A stretch of 64,000 nucleotides of DNA, from contig JAVZLM010000007.1 of assembly GCA_038883775.1 (NCBI GenBank), forward strand, positions 1-64,000, given 5' to 3'. Positions 9,840-21,056 of this stretch are shown here, in pieces. The notes under the pieces are model-generated. The model was not told the origin of the DNA. It did not search any database and worked only from the letters and a program-made list of their open reading frames with translations. Each line of letters starts with the position of its first letter. Position 1 is the first letter of the stretch. The DNA comes from Candidatus Bathyarchaeia archaeon. GTDB lineage: Archaea; Thermoproteota; Bathyarchaeia; Bathyarchaeales; Bathycorpusculaceae. Position numbers and translations under genes: made by a program.

Positions 9840-10544
9840 TCACATCTTTTCAGCTTTAAAGTTTGAGGGGGAAAGCTGCTTCTTTTCTGTTTTGTTTTCT
9901 GCCATTGCGGATTGCTGGGAAGCTTTTCCAGAAAGAATTTTTAGGCTTTCCTCTTGAAGTTCTCGCAAAATCTGGCGCATCTCATCCACCTTCTTCTCCA
10001 AACCAATTAAAGCGGCTCGAAAATCATCTATGCGTGTTAAAACATATTTAATGAGAGGTTCAACATCCTCCTTTGCTTGGATGCTTATGACCGAGCTTTT
10101 GGCTTCAGAAGCCATCTTGAAATTTATTATCGCATCTATAAGTGGGGAAGGATTATCCCTAACTTCCCGCATGAGAAAAAGGAAATCCGAACCCTCTGTC
10201 AATGATCTTCTTAAATGCTCAAAGGCTAAGCGAGAATTTGCCAATGGATCTGGAGTGTTTTGGAGAAGGATATCCTTGTATGTTGTTAGGGCTTGGGTTA
10301 GGCTTTTACTTTTAGCCTTTATAGTGTAAGCCCTTTCCGGCTTTAAAAGGAGCATAAGCGCTTCGCTACTTGCCACCAAATCCTTTAAGCGCTCAATGTA
10401 GTTTCCAGTTTTCCCTAACAATTCCGATGGTGACAGCTTTTCAGAAAGGACGCCGCTGGCTATGTCGCTTGCAATTTTCTGCAAAATTCCTTCAAATTCG
10501 CCTATTTTTCCGCCAAACTCTTCTTTAATCATACTTTGCACCAC
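9840..10544 (-). CDS. Hypothetical helical/coiled-coil protein
   Basis: 234-aa ORF, co-oriented and tightly spaced within the cdc6-moa run. No motif recognised. Confidence 0.7.
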   Translation of the reverse strand: MVQSMIKEEFGGKIGEFEGILQKIASDIASGVLSEKLSPSELLGKTGNYIERLKDLVASSEALMLLLKPERAYTIKAKSKSLTQALTTYKDILLQNTPDPLANSRLAFEHLRRSLTEGSDFLFLMREVRDNPSPLIDAIINFKMASEAKSSVISIQAKEDVEPLIKYVLTRIDDFRAALIGLEKKVDEMRQILRELQEESLKILSGKASQQSAMAENKTEKKQLSPSNFKAEKM

Positions 10545-10571
10545 TTAAAAAATAGTTTATAGGCTTATGGT

Positions 10572-10835
10572 TTATTTGTGTTCCCAAACATCCAAGAGAT
10601 TTTGAATTGCTTTAGCTTTTGGCGAGTTTTCATTGAGTCTATAAAGGCGGATTCTTCCAAAAACTTTGTGGCGAACGATGCCTTCATCCTCTAAAATTCT
10701 CAAATGCTTAATTGTAGTGTTATAGTTTATATTTAATCGGCGGGCAATTTCAGAAACATTAAGCTCGCTCATCTGAAACAAGATTTTCAAAATTTTCATC
10801 CTAAGCCTTGAAGAAAAAACATCCTCCACATCCAT
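10572..10835 (-). CDS. ArsR-family wHTH protein
   Basis: 'VFSSRLRMKILKIL...ELNVSEIARRL...HLRILEDEGIV'. Confidence 0.85.
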   Translation of the reverse strand: MDVEDVFSSRLRMKILKILFQMSELNVSEIARRLNINYNTTIKHLRILEDEGIVRHKVFGRIRLYRLNENSPKAKAIQNLLDVWEHK

Positions 10836-10842
10836 AAACTTT

Positions 10843-12030
10843 TCACGCTTCCCTTTCTAAGAGAACGCTTAATTCTTTTTCCAATTCATGAGCTGGAATT
10901 CTCGGCAAATAAATAATTGTGGACCGCCCACGCGAACCAGCAGCAGAAACTTGTGTGGTTACTATGCCTAAAGCAGACAAGAGTTGCAAATACTTCCACA
11001 ACTGCGTGTGGCTGTGCGCTGGCTCGTGGAATTCTTCGCAAACAACTTTGTAGGCTTTTTCTGCTTCTCCCAACGAAACAAAAGCTTTTTCGCTTTCTTT
11101 CAAAAGTCTTGCTATGCCGAGCAAGAAGAGTTTTTCATGAAAACCTAAAGGAGCCAAATCGCTTTTTCGCATGGTTGAAATTATGCTTGAAACAGCTTTT
11201 CTAACGCATTCTGGCGTGACTTCGCCTAAATCTTCAGCATCAGCGTATTTTCCAGCCCTCCAAAGCAGTTCGATGGCGAAACGGGCGTTTCCACCCTCTG
11301 AATGGGCAAGTTCAGCTATTAAATCGACAGCGTCTTCGCTTACCATTAAGGGCTTAAAGGCTAGGGATACACGGTCGTTAAGAATGTCTATTAGCTGAGG
11401 CTTAGAGTATTTTTCAAGCTGGATTAAATTAGATTGCAAAGTGCTTCTGGTGCTGGCGTCTAACCGCTCAATTATGCTTAAGTTTCTTAGAATACATATC
11501 AGTGAAAGCCTCTGAGGCTTGTTCTGCCTAATTTCCTGCAACCGCGTAAGCTTGTAAACGGCTTCGGAACCCTCCCTTTCCACTAAGCTCTCAAACTCGT
11601 CGAGAGTTAGGATTACATAGGCGTTTTCATCATCTAAAACTTGTAAGAAAATGCGGAGGAGCTCTTCGGCTGAGTAGCCTCTTCTTGGAAAGTTTGGATG
11701 AAAAAGGGAAATGGCATGATGAAGAATTAGGAGGAGGCTTCCGCGGTATTCACGGCAATTAACATGCACATAATGGAGGTTTATTCCACGCTCCTTTGCT
11801 TCCTTGGCGACGTCTGCTCCGAAACGGTGGGAAAGAGCAGTCTTGCCTGTGCCCACATCACCAGCTATTAGGATTCTTTGAGCCATATTCCATGGAGACT
11901 GCCATATAAAACTGAAAAACTCTTTAAGTAAACGCAATTCCCTATCTCTGTGGGGCAACCTATAAGGAACATAGTTGATGTCAAGTTTTGTTTCGTCTCG
12001 GAACACGCTGCGGCGATATGACACTAACAA
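10843..12030 (-). CDS. cdc6: Orc1/Cdc6 replication initiator
   Basis: '[13 protein letters not shown]', Walker A GDVGTGKT, Walker B LTLDEFE, '[10 protein letters not shown]' and a C-terminal wH domain. Confidence 0.95.
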   Translation of the reverse strand: MLVSYRRSVFRDETKLDINYVPYRLPHRDRELRLLKEFFSFIWQSPWNMAQRILIAGDVGTGKTALSHRFGADVAKEAKERGINLHYVHVNCREYRGSLLLILHHAISLFHPNFPRRGYSAEELLRIFLQVLDDENAYVILTLDEFESLVEREGSEAVYKLTRLQEIRQNKPQRLSLICILRNLSIIERLDASTRSTLQSNLIQLEKYSKPQLIDILNDRVSLAFKPLMVSEDAVDLIAELAHSEGGNARFAIELLWRAGKYADAEDLGEVTPECVRKAVSSIISTMRKSDLAPLGFHEKLFLLGIARLLKESEKAFVSLGEAEKAYKVVCEEFHEPAHSHTQLWKYLQLLSALGIVTTQVSAAGSRGRSTIIYLPRIPAHELEKELSVLLEREA

Positions 12031-12143
12031 GCCCTCAAAACATATTATGCGTAAAGCTTTGTTATTCTTTTCCCCAGATTCGCATAAAATCTGAACAAAA
12101 AACTAATAAACGCATTTTATTAATTCTCTTGCGAAAAAGCAAA

Positions 12144-12698
12144 ATGATTCCCAAATATTTGTTTCTAACAAGAGGCGTCGGCAAACACAAAGAGCAACTG
12201 CAATCCTTCGAATTAGCCCTAAGAAACGCTGGAATACAGCATTGCAACATAGTAAACGTTTCAAGCATAATACCGCCAGGCTGTAAACTCATCAGCAGAG
12301 AAAGAGGCTTAAAAATGCTGAAACCAGGCGAAATAACTTTTGTTGTCATAGCCAGAAACTCAACTAATGAGCCGCATAGGCTTATTGCCGCTTCCATAGG
12401 AGTAGCCATTCCATCGGGCAAAAGTCAATATGGATATCTTTCTGAGCATCACTCTTTTGGACAAACAGATGAGGTGGCTGGAGATTACGCGGAGGATTTG
12501 GCTGCAACAATGTTGGCTACAACCATGGGAATCCCCTTTGACCCGCAAACTGCTTGGGATGAGCGAAAACAGCAATTTAAAACCAGCGGATTAATAATTA
12601 AGACTACCAACGTAACGCAGTCGGCAACTGGCGACAAAAATGGTTTATGGACAACGGTGATTGCGGCAGCGGTCTTTGTTCCAGAAAAAAGACGTTAA
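12144..12698 (+). CDS. pdaD: Pyruvoyl-dependent arginine decarboxylase
   Basis: '[23 protein letters not shown]' contains the SS self-cleavage site, and 'YGYLSEHH' follows. I moved the start to ATG 12144 to avoid overlapping cdc6. Confidence 0.93.
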   Translation: MIPKYLFLTRGVGKHKEQLQSFELALRNAGIQHCNIVNVSSIIPPGCKLISRERGLKMLKPGEITFVVIARNSTNEPHRLIAASIGVAIPSGKSQYGYLSEHHSFGQTDEVAGDYAEDLAATMLATTMGIPFDPQTAWDERKQQFKTSGLIIKTTNVTQSATGDKNGLWTTVIAAAVFVPEKRR

Positions 12699-12783
12699 CG
12701 CGCTTAGCAGCTTAAGTACAATAAGTATCCAATTTTTTATTCTAAAACAATATTAAGAGTTAACGTCAACGCTAAATAGGTGA

Positions 12784-13476
<693 letters not shown>

Positions 13477-13483
13477 GAGCAAA

Positions 13484-14371
13484 ATGACTTTGAAGGTTGA
13501 AGCAGAATGCGCCGCATGCATAATCAGTAGAGCAGCAGCAGAAGCTATGGAAGCCACAACAAATCCAGCCCTACGCTTTAGGGCAATGGCAGAAGTTATA
13601 AGATTCTTAAACAAAGAGTTCAAGCCAACAGCGGTTCCAGCGGACCTCGGCACAAAAAGGGATCGCATTATAAAATGGGTTTCTGGAAACGAAGATCCTT
13701 ACAAGAGGAATAAAAGGATAAGCAACGAAAAAGCCCTAAAAATTCTGCCTTTCGCCAGAAAAATTGTGGAAGAAGGCTATGCACAAGAGGATAGATTTAA
13801 GAGAGCAGTTTTATGCAGCATAGTCGGCAATGTAATCGAATTTGACATCCCCGGCCACAAATTCACTTTTGGTAGCATTAGAAAGCTTTTCAGAAATGCT
13901 TCTAAAGATTTAGCCATTGATGATACGGTTAAGATTTATGAATTGGCGAAAGAAGCTTCAATAATCCTTTATTTGACTGATAATGCAGGCGAAATTGTCT
14001 TTGATACTTTGCTTGTTGAGCAGTTGAAGAATATGGGCGTAAAGGTTGTTGTGGCTGTTAAAGATAAACCAGTAATTAATGATGCAACATTGGAGGATGC
14101 GGAAGTTTCTGGAATGAAAAAGATTGCTGACAAAGTAATCACCACGGGAACAGATGCTGTGGGCTTAGCCATAAACGAAGTTTCAAAAGAATTCCTCGAA
14201 GCCTACAACAATGTGGATTTGGTCTTCGCCAAAGGCATGGGATATGCCGAAACCTTAACCGAATATAAACTAAAAAAGCCCCACGCACTATTTTTCAGAA
14301 CCAAATGCAATCCAGTTGCAAACTTTTTTGCAGTGGCAAAGGAGAAAAATGTCGCAAAACTGATGATGTAA
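13484..14371 (+). CDS. DUF89/ARMT1-like damage-control phosphatase
   Basis: ECAAC, 'DPY', GNVIEF, DNAGEIVFD, NDAT, KGMGYAE and 'KC.PVA'. Confidence 0.9.
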   Translation: MTLKVEAECAACIISRAAAEAMEATTNPALRFRAMAEVIRFLNKEFKPTAVPADLGTKRDRIIKWVSGNEDPYKRNKRISNEKALKILPFARKIVEEGYAQEDRFKRAVLCSIVGNVIEFDIPGHKFTFGSIRKLFRNASKDLAIDDTVKIYELAKEASIILYLTDNAGEIVFDTLLVEQLKNMGVKVVVAVKDKPVINDATLEDAEVSGMKKIADKVITTGTDAVGLAINEVSKEFLEAYNNVDLVFAKGMGYAETLTEYKLKKPHALFFRTKCNPVANFFAVAKEKNVAKLMM

Positions 14372-16456
14372 ATGATTTTGCCATCAATAAACCTAAATAG
14401 CGAAAAACTTTCAAACTTTGAAGAAGCAATTAAACGAGAATGGATTATAACAAATGGTTTAGGCGGTTACGCCTCTTCCACGACTTTGGGCATAAACACA
14501 AGAAAATATCACGGATTGCTTCTAGCCGCTTTTCATCCACCAGGAGACCGCAGAGCATGCCTGGAAAAACTGGACGAGGAATTAGGCATCGGAAATGATG
14601 TTTATCCATTAGGCGCCAACGAATTCCAAAATGGAATTTTTCCAAAAGGATATTTGTTCTTAAAGGAGTTTTCGGTTTCGCCATTTCCACAATATGTTTA
14701 TGCTGTGCAAAATGTTGAGGTTCAAAAAATTATTTTTATGCCCTATGAGAAAAATTCGGTTTTGGTTCTTTACAGAGTTTTGAATGGGAGCGGTTCAGAC
14801 GTTAAAATTAGGGTTTTTCCGCTTATAAACTGTAGGCACATGCATGCTGTAACGGATAGATGGAAAATTTTTGGAAAATTCACGCAGAAACAAGAAGGTA
14901 AAGAGGTGGAAATGTGCCTCAGCAATACCCAGTCTGTGCTTACGATGAAAACAACAAGCGGACATTATTATGCCGCTGAAAAGTGGATTGAAAAAATTTT
15001 TTACCGTGAAGAAGCCCTGCGAGGAGAAACATGCATAGACGACTACTTTCAGCCTGGATTTGTGGAAGTGGATGTCAAAGCTGGTGTAAACGAAAGTTTC
15101 GCAATAACTTTTGTTGCAAGCGAAAGTCGAGCGGACGCAAAAAGAAGCCTTGAAGAGGCGCCTTATTCAGTTTATGATGCAGAAGCCTTATACGAAAAAG
15201 AGCTTGAGCGCCGTGAAAAATTTTTGGCAAAATTTTACCATGAACATTTAGACATTCAAGAAAAGGACTGGCTAAATTGGATTCTTTTGGCAACAGACAC
15301 TTTCATAGTTAAAGGAATAAGCGATTTAGAGAGGGCTGTTATTGCTGGTTATCACTGGTTTGAAACTTGGGGAAGAGACACCTTCATTTCTTTACCGGGC
15401 TTAATGCTCGTGACTGGAAGGTTTGAGGATGCAAGGAAAGTTTTCATGACATTCAAAAAACATTGCAAGGATGGTTTAATCCCAAACTTTCTGCCGGAAC
15501 ACTCGAAAGAACCAGTTTACAATACTGTTGATGCAACTCTCTGGTTTGTTAATGCCATATGGCAATACCTAAAATATACAAACGATTTCAAATTCGTACA
15601 AGAATTGTTGTGGGATACATTAAAATTAATCATGGAAAACCACACTAAAGGGACAAATTTTGGCATAAGGTTAGATACTGATGGTTTGCTTGCCCATAAT
15701 CCGCAATTAACATGGATGGACGCTGTTGTGGATGGTCAACCAGTAACTCCAAGAGGCGGCAAAGCCGTTGAAGTCCAAGCCTTATGGTATAATGCGCTAA
15801 TGGTTATGGAAATTTTGGCAAGCAAGTTTAAGGAAAAGGGCGAAGCGGAAAAATACGCAAATCTTGCAGAAAAGGCGAAAACCAGTTTTGTTGAAAAGTT
15901 TTGGAATGCCGAAAAGAACTACTTATTTGATGTTGTAGGCGAAAACGAGAAAGACTCTTCTTTAAGGCCTAACCAAATAATTGCCGTGGCCTTAGACTTT
16001 ACAATGCTTGACAAACCAAAAAGTGAGAAAATAGTGGATGCTGTGCAACATGAACTTTTAACGCCTTATGGCTTAAGAACCTTGGCCAAAAGCGACCCAA
16101 AATATGTGGAAGTTTACAGTGGCGACAGAAGAAGCAGAGACAAAGCCTATCACAACGGCACTGTTTGGCCTTGGCTACTGGGTCCGTTCACGAAAGCCTA
16201 TCTGAAAACGAAGAGTTACACGGATTTTAGACGAGAATACGCCTTAAAGAATTTCCTTCTGCCCTTATTTACTCAACAGCCTTTTAAGGCTGGACTCGGC
16301 ACAATAAGCGAAATTTTTGATGGAGATCCACCTCATACGCCGAGGGGTTGCATAGCCCAAGCGTGGAGCATAGCAGAACCATTAAGAGCTTACATAGAAG
16401 ATATAATGCAAATCAGACCAAAATATGAAAGGGAAATGATGCCAGTTTTAAGCTAA
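14372..16456 (+). CDS. Glycogen debranching enzyme (amylo-alpha-1,6-glucosidase), archaeal type
   Basis: 'EWIITNGLGGYAS', 'AGYHWF..WGRDTFISLPGL', TWMD, 'YHNGTVWPWL' and 'GCIAQAWS'. Confidence 0.93.
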   Translation: MILPSINLNSEKLSNFEEAIKREWIITNGLGGYASSTTLGINTRKYHGLLLAAFHPPGDRRACLEKLDEELGIGNDVYPLGANEFQNGIFPKGYLFLKEFSVSPFPQYVYAVQNVEVQKIIFMPYEKNSVLVLYRVLNGSGSDVKIRVFPLINCRHMHAVTDRWKIFGKFTQKQEGKEVEMCLSNTQSVLTMKTTSGHYYAAEKWIEKIFYREEALRGETCIDDYFQPGFVEVDVKAGVNESFAITFVASESRADAKRSLEEAPYSVYDAEALYEKELERREKFLAKFYHEHLDIQEKDWLNWILLATDTFIVKGISDLERAVIAGYHWFETWGRDTFISLPGLMLVTGRFEDARKVFMTFKKHCKDGLIPNFLPEHSKEPVYNTVDATLWFVNAIWQYLKYTNDFKFVQELLWDTLKLIMENHTKGTNFGIRLDTDGLLAHNPQLTWMDAVVDGQPVTPRGGKAVEVQALWYNALMVMEILASKFKEKGEAEKYANLAEKAKTSFVEKFWNAEKNYLFDVVGENEKDSSLRPNQIIAVALDFTMLDKPKSEKIVDAVQHELLTPYGLRTLAKSDPKYVEVYSGDRRSRDKAYHNGTVWPWLLGPFTKAYLKTKSYTDFRREYALKNFLLPLFTQQPFKAGLGTISEIFDGDPPHTPRGCIAQAWSIAEPLRAYIEDIMQIRPKYEREMMPVLS

Positions 16457-17485
16457 AATTGTTTTTCTCAGGCTTTCTGCCGCAACTTCTGGCGTAACAG
16501 TGTTAATGTATACGCCCGTGCTTTTTTCGAACCCAGCCCAAGTAGCCAATTGCGGATAGACTTCCAAATGCCAATGATAATATTCTTGCGCTTCTTTGCT
16601 TATGGCCAAGTGGAAACCATAATTATAAGGTGGATCATTGACCAAATTTTTCAGTCCTTTTAGACATGTTTTTAATGTTTCAGCAAAAATTTTCACCTCG
16701 TTTTTTGACATCGCAATGGGTGTTGCTGCGTGCGCTTTGGGGAAAACCCAGAACTCCATTGGGTTTACACTTGCATATGGAGTGAAAACTAAAAACCTCG
16801 CGTTTTCAAAAACAAGCCGCGGTCCATCTCTTTCCTTTTCCATAATATTGCAGAATACGCATTTTCCATGATGTTTCCAAAATTTTCTGCTTGCCTCTAT
16901 CTCATCAGCAACGATTTTCGGAATGAAAGGCGTAGCAATTATTTGGCTGTGGGCATGCGAAAGCGAAGCCCCAGCTTCTAAGCCGTGATTCCGAAATATA
17001 GAAACGTACTTCACATAGGGTTTTACTGAAAACTCTTGAATCCTATCGATGTAACCGTTAATGAGGTGTATTAGTTGTGAAATTTCTGCGTCTGATGGAT
17101 GCTCATCATGGTTTGGAGATTCAACCAAAACCTCATGATGCCCAACAGCCGCACCCAAACTGCCACTTTTCAAAAACTGTTTTGGGCTTGCCCTTTCTTT
17201 TGGTGGAGTGAAAGCGGGGTAAAGGTTTGGAACACATCGAATAAGCCAATTTTTATGACGAAAACCATTCTTGTCCTTAACTTTTTTTACGCCTTTGCCG
17301 GATTTGAGGTAGACGAGAACAGCTGGCGGAGTCATATTTTCATTGCCGGGACACAAGGGACAAATTCCAACTTTAGCTTTTTGTCTCTCCTTTTTGATGA
17401 AGTCCGTGGGACGGCGCCCACGTTCTGTGGCGATAACAACCCAACGGTCAAGCAAATAATCCTTACGAACTTCGTTATATGTCAT
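16448..17485 (-). CDS. galT: Galactose-1-phosphate uridylyltransferase family (HIT)
   Basis: 'WVVIATERGRRP', CPLCPGNE, PNLYP, 'AGASLSHAHSQI' and 'WAGFE'. Confidence 0.9.
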   Translation of the reverse strand: MTYNEVRKDYLLDRWVVIATERGRRPTDFIKKERQKAKVGICPLCPGNENMTPPAVLVYLKSGKGVKKVKDKNGFRHKNWLIRCVPNLYPAFTPPKERASPKQFLKSGSLGAAVGHHEVLVESPNHDEHPSDAEISQLIHLINGYIDRIQEFSVKPYVKYVSIFRNHGLEAGASLSHAHSQIIATPFIPKIVADEIEASRKFWKHHGKCVFCNIMEKERDGPRLVFENARFLVFTPYASVNPMEFWVFPKAHAATPIAMSKNEVKIFAETLKTCLKGLKNLVNDPPYNYGFHLAISKEAQEYYHWHLEVYPQLATWAGFEKSTGVYINTVTPEVAAESLRKTILA

Positions 17486-17710
17486 ACTGAACCCAACAAG
17501 ATTAGGATACATTCTAAACGGATTTAGCATTTTCCAATGCCTTAATTATTAACCCCCTTCCTATGCATATTTTTAGTTTGCCACAATCAATACGCATAGT
17601 ATTTTTCTAATTTTCTTGTATACTGAGTTCAGACAATCTTCTCACAATTCTTAAATAGATGGTTACCATTTTCGAGGATGGTTGGTTAAATTTGGCAAGG
17701 GGCAAAGAAA

Positions 17711-18907
17711 TTGAAACCGTTTATGGTTTATGGAAAAACCATACTAATTCTTTCCATCGTTTTCCTAATAGGCTCCTTAGCCACCAATCTAATAAGCCCA
17801 TTATGGCCAATCTACATAAAAAATTATCTTAATGCTTCTATGACAGAAATTGGTTTTCTATTTTCCTTATCTAATGCTGTGGCTGCGATCATTCAAATAG
17901 TCAGCGGATTTCTATCCGATCGATATGGAAGAAAGAGATTGCATGCCTTAGGTACATTAGTAGCTGCTTTTCCACCATTAATGTACGCCTTAGCAAACAA
18001 CTGGATAGAGTTGGTTCCCTGGGTTATGCTGTCTGGGTTTGCCATGGGTCTGTACTTACCAATTCGATGGGCTATAGTAGCGGATGCTTCCTCAACTAAA
18101 ACAATGGCTTCAGCTTATAGTTGGACAAACATTTCGTGGTTAGTAGGTTCCACTATTGCACCTTTTTTAGGTGGAGTTGCAGCGGATTATTTTGGCATAC
18201 GCTTTCCTTTTTTTGCTTGTTCTGCTTTGATTTTTGCAGTTTTCCCTTTAACACTCATAATGAAAGAAACTCGCAGCAAAACGCAAGCTAATGTTTTGAA
18301 CAAAACTGGGAAGGATAACGTCTTTAACGGATACATGTTTGCAGTGCTTATTTTCTCTTTAATTAACATAGTTCAGGGGATTGGCATAGGTGTAACCAGC
18401 CCAGTGATTCCCGTTTTTGTCGAATCCAGCTTTCCTGTTGATTATACGTTTATAGGCGTATTGTACGCTATAGGTTTTGGCGTTGCTTCCATAATTGTTC
18501 AAGTTCCAGGGGGTAAGCTTAGTGATTTTTTTGACAGAAGGAAAGTTATGGCCGTAACTTTTGCAGTCTCTTCTCCATTCTTTTTGCTATTTGCCTACTC
18601 GCGAAACACGATGGAATTGATTATTTTCATGTTTCTTTCGAACGCCATATTGAACGCATCGTGGCCAGCTTTCCAAACACTTATGATGGAAGCCACGCCA
18701 TCTTCAAAATGGGGTCTTGTAAATGGGATTTCAGCAACAACCTTCTGGATTGGACAGATGATTGGAAACGTCCTTAGCGGTATCCTTTGGGAGGGTTTGG
18801 GTGCGCTGGCGCCATTTTATGCTTCTGGTTTCGCTATAGGAATATCTGCGCTGCTGCCGTTTTTCTTAAAAGAGACTAAGGTAAAGAAAAAGAAAAAATT
18901 CTTTTAG
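17711..18907 (+). CDS. MFS transporter
   Basis: About 12 TM segments, with motif A as GFLSDRYGRK and GKLSDFFDRR. Confidence 0.93.
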   Translation: MKPFMVYGKTILILSIVFLIGSLATNLISPLWPIYIKNYLNASMTEIGFLFSLSNAVAAIIQIVSGFLSDRYGRKRLHALGTLVAAFPPLMYALANNWIELVPWVMLSGFAMGLYLPIRWAIVADASSTKTMASAYSWTNISWLVGSTIAPFLGGVAADYFGIRFPFFACSALIFAVFPLTLIMKETRSKTQANVLNKTGKDNVFNGYMFAVLIFSLINIVQGIGIGVTSPVIPVFVESSFPVDYTFIGVLYAIGFGVASIIVQVPGGKLSDFFDRRKVMAVTFAVSSPFFLLFAYSRNTMELIIFMFLSNAILNASWPAFQTLMMEATPSSKWGLVNGISATTFWIGQMIGNVLSGILWEGLGALAPFYASGFAIGISALLPFFLKETKVKKKKKFF

Positions 18908-18931
18908 CCGTCATTATTTGTTTATGTGTTG

Positions 18932-20977
18932 CTATTCGAAGGTGATGAGTTTTGCTTTTTCCATGTCTCGTAGAAGCTTTAGGACATATTCTGGATTTGT
19001 TTCATCGTATTCAGCTGAGACAGCCCTTAAAATGTGGTATGCGCTTCTTTTTCCATCAATAAAATTCACAATTTCTTCCATTTTAATTCTGAATTTCATG
19101 TCTTTCTCCAAAATTTCTTGATACCATTCATATTCTTTTTCGCTTAACAATTGCTTCAACGCATCCATCTCAAGTGTGCCTTTAAATAGTTTTTTAGGAA
19201 TTAATTTCTTTAGCTCCGCTTCAGTTTCGGTTTCTTCTAGTTTGACAGGAAAAGTCACATTTAATGATTTTGCAACAAAGTTCCATGCCTCTTCTAAAGT
19301 TGCGATTTCTTTTTGTCCCAAATTTGCAATATCTTCGCAATACTTGCTCAGAAAAGCATCTAATTTTGGATTTTCTTCGATTCTTTTCACAGATTTAACT
19401 GCTTCTTGTTCACGCCAGATTATATGCTTTATCTTACTCTTAAAGTGGAACACAGTCTTTGCAAGTTCTTTGGCTAACTCCTCTGGTTTATCCTTGAATT
19501 TTGGGTATTCCATCTTTCTAAACAATTCTTCTATAGCTTCACGGGTGGCTTCTTCTATTCTTATAATACCGTTCTTGGCTGTTTGGCTTGCCAAAAGGAA
19601 AACTGTTTCTGTTGCGGCATTTGCAAGTGTCAATGTGGCGATTGTTACAATCCACCCTACTCTTTTGAGGGTGTCAGCGCTAACTTTGTCAATAGTGTCC
19701 ATGCTTGTATGATAGTATAAGTCGGGCCATTGAAGTAGCATAACGCATGGAACCCTCACTGTGGAATTATTAAATTGGACGTGATCGCTTCCACCGCTAA
19801 AAGTGCTAACGCAATAACGGAATGTAGATGAAGCCCCAAACATTGTTTGGCTGTCAAATTCCTTCACCGATTGTTCTATTAGGCTGAAAACGTAATCGTT
19901 AAGATAGGAAGGCAGCGAATCAGGTGTTTTGTCAAGGGTGAGTGTGGATTTGCATAGTTCTTGATCTTGACCGACCATGTCGAGGTTTATGCCTGCGACA
20001 AGTTTCGAGTATAATTCTTCATGTTTTGATAAGTATGCTGCTGAACCCATGTTTTCTGGAACCCATAAGAAACGTATAGTCCTCGCTGGAGGTTCAATCT
20101 TTCCAGAATCTATTAGTGCTTTAATGGTTCTTGCAATTTCTAATAGTAAACCGCTACCGGAGGCGTTGTCGTTTGCGCTTGGTTTTGGGTGGCATAAATG
20201 AGCAATTAAGAAAATTTCTTCGTTTGGTCTTGAAACACCGCGTATTGTAGCGGTGACAACATCCAAATTCCCAACAAAGAATTGCGCATCCACTTTAGCT
20301 TTGAGTTTTACGGGTTTGCCACTTTTAAGTAGAGCCCGCAAATAATTGCCTTGACGCTTGCTTAGCGAAAAACCAAAGGTCACTTTGTCTATTTCTTCAG
20401 CCTTCGGCCATATGCTTTGATATGCATGCGCGTCTGGTATGTCTAAGCTTTCACGAACGTTTGGAAATTCCCAGCAGGTGTCTGTAATTACACCTAACGC
20501 CCCATATTTAAAAACAGCTTGTTCATGAACTTGTTTGGCCCTTCCGGTGGCTAGGACGAACTTACCTTTTACATCTTTTCCTTCATAGTCTTTTGGCTTT
20601 GCTCCTGTGCCAACATCCACAAGTTCTGCTATTACGCCTTCAGGTGGTGTAGCCTTACTGAATGTATGCAAACAAGTCGGTACATCCTCGTAACGTACAA
20701 TGAGCTTTTCCTCCGGCTCTATAAGATAAAGTTCAGCGCTTTTCACAGTCCAGCCGATTGGGCTGGTGTAGGTCCAGTATTTGGTTTTGCCATCTGCTGT
20801 GAACTGTTCTATTGTTGCATCTTTTAATCCTATTCTTAAGAGCTCGTTTCTGACATATTCAGCTGCTTCATGAAACATGGTGGAAGCTTGAATTCTATGG
20901 AAACGAGCAATTTGTTCGACAAAAGATTTAGCGATATTACCAGAAAGCTCCTCCTTAACAAGCTTATTCAAATTCAT
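18932..20977 (-). CDS. M28-family aminopeptidase with PA domain (DUF4910-like)
   Basis: 'AHLCHP..SANDNASG', 'PE', 'NLDMVG', 'GGSDH' and 'YHTSMD'. Confidence 0.85.
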   Translation of the reverse strand: MNLNKLVKEELSGNIAKSFVEQIARFHRIQASTMFHEAAEYVRNELLRIGLKDATIEQFTADGKTKYWTYTSPIGWTVKSAELYLIEPEEKLIVRYEDVPTCLHTFSKATPPEGVIAELVDVGTGAKPKDYEGKDVKGKFVLATGRAKQVHEQAVFKYGALGVITDTCWEFPNVRESLDIPDAHAYQSIWPKAEEIDKVTFGFSLSKRQGNYLRALLKSGKPVKLKAKVDAQFFVGNLDVVTATIRGVSRPNEEIFLIAHLCHPKPSANDNASGSGLLLEIARTIKALIDSGKIEPPARTIRFLWVPENMGSAAYLSKHEELYSKLVAGINLDMVGQDQELCKSTLTLDKTPDSLPSYLNDYVFSLIEQSVKEFDSQTMFGASSTFRYCVSTFSGGSDHVQFNNSTVRVPCVMLLQWPDLYYHTSMDTIDKVSADTLKRVGWIVTIATLTLANAATETVFLLASQTAKNGIIRIEEATREAIEELFRKMEYPKFKDKPEELAKELAKTVFHFKSKIKHIIWREQEAVKSVKRIEENPKLDAFLSKYCEDIANLGQKEIATLEEAWNFVAKSLNVTFPVKLEETETEAELKKLIPKKLFKGTLEMDALKQLLSEKEYEWYQEILEKDMKFRIKMEEIVNFIDGKRSAYHILRAVSAEYDETNPEYVLKLLRDMEKAKLITFE

Positions 20978-21056
20978 ATTAAGACCACTTTAAGTTAACT
21001 ATACATGCTAACATTATTTTATATAAGCGTGTTTATCTTTTCAGTTAGGTTTCATC

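Noticed and set aside
12031-12143. Replication origin next to cdc6
   Set aside because: The intergenic gap is only ~110 nt and I found no repeated ORB-like (TCCA..GAAA..GGGG) elements.
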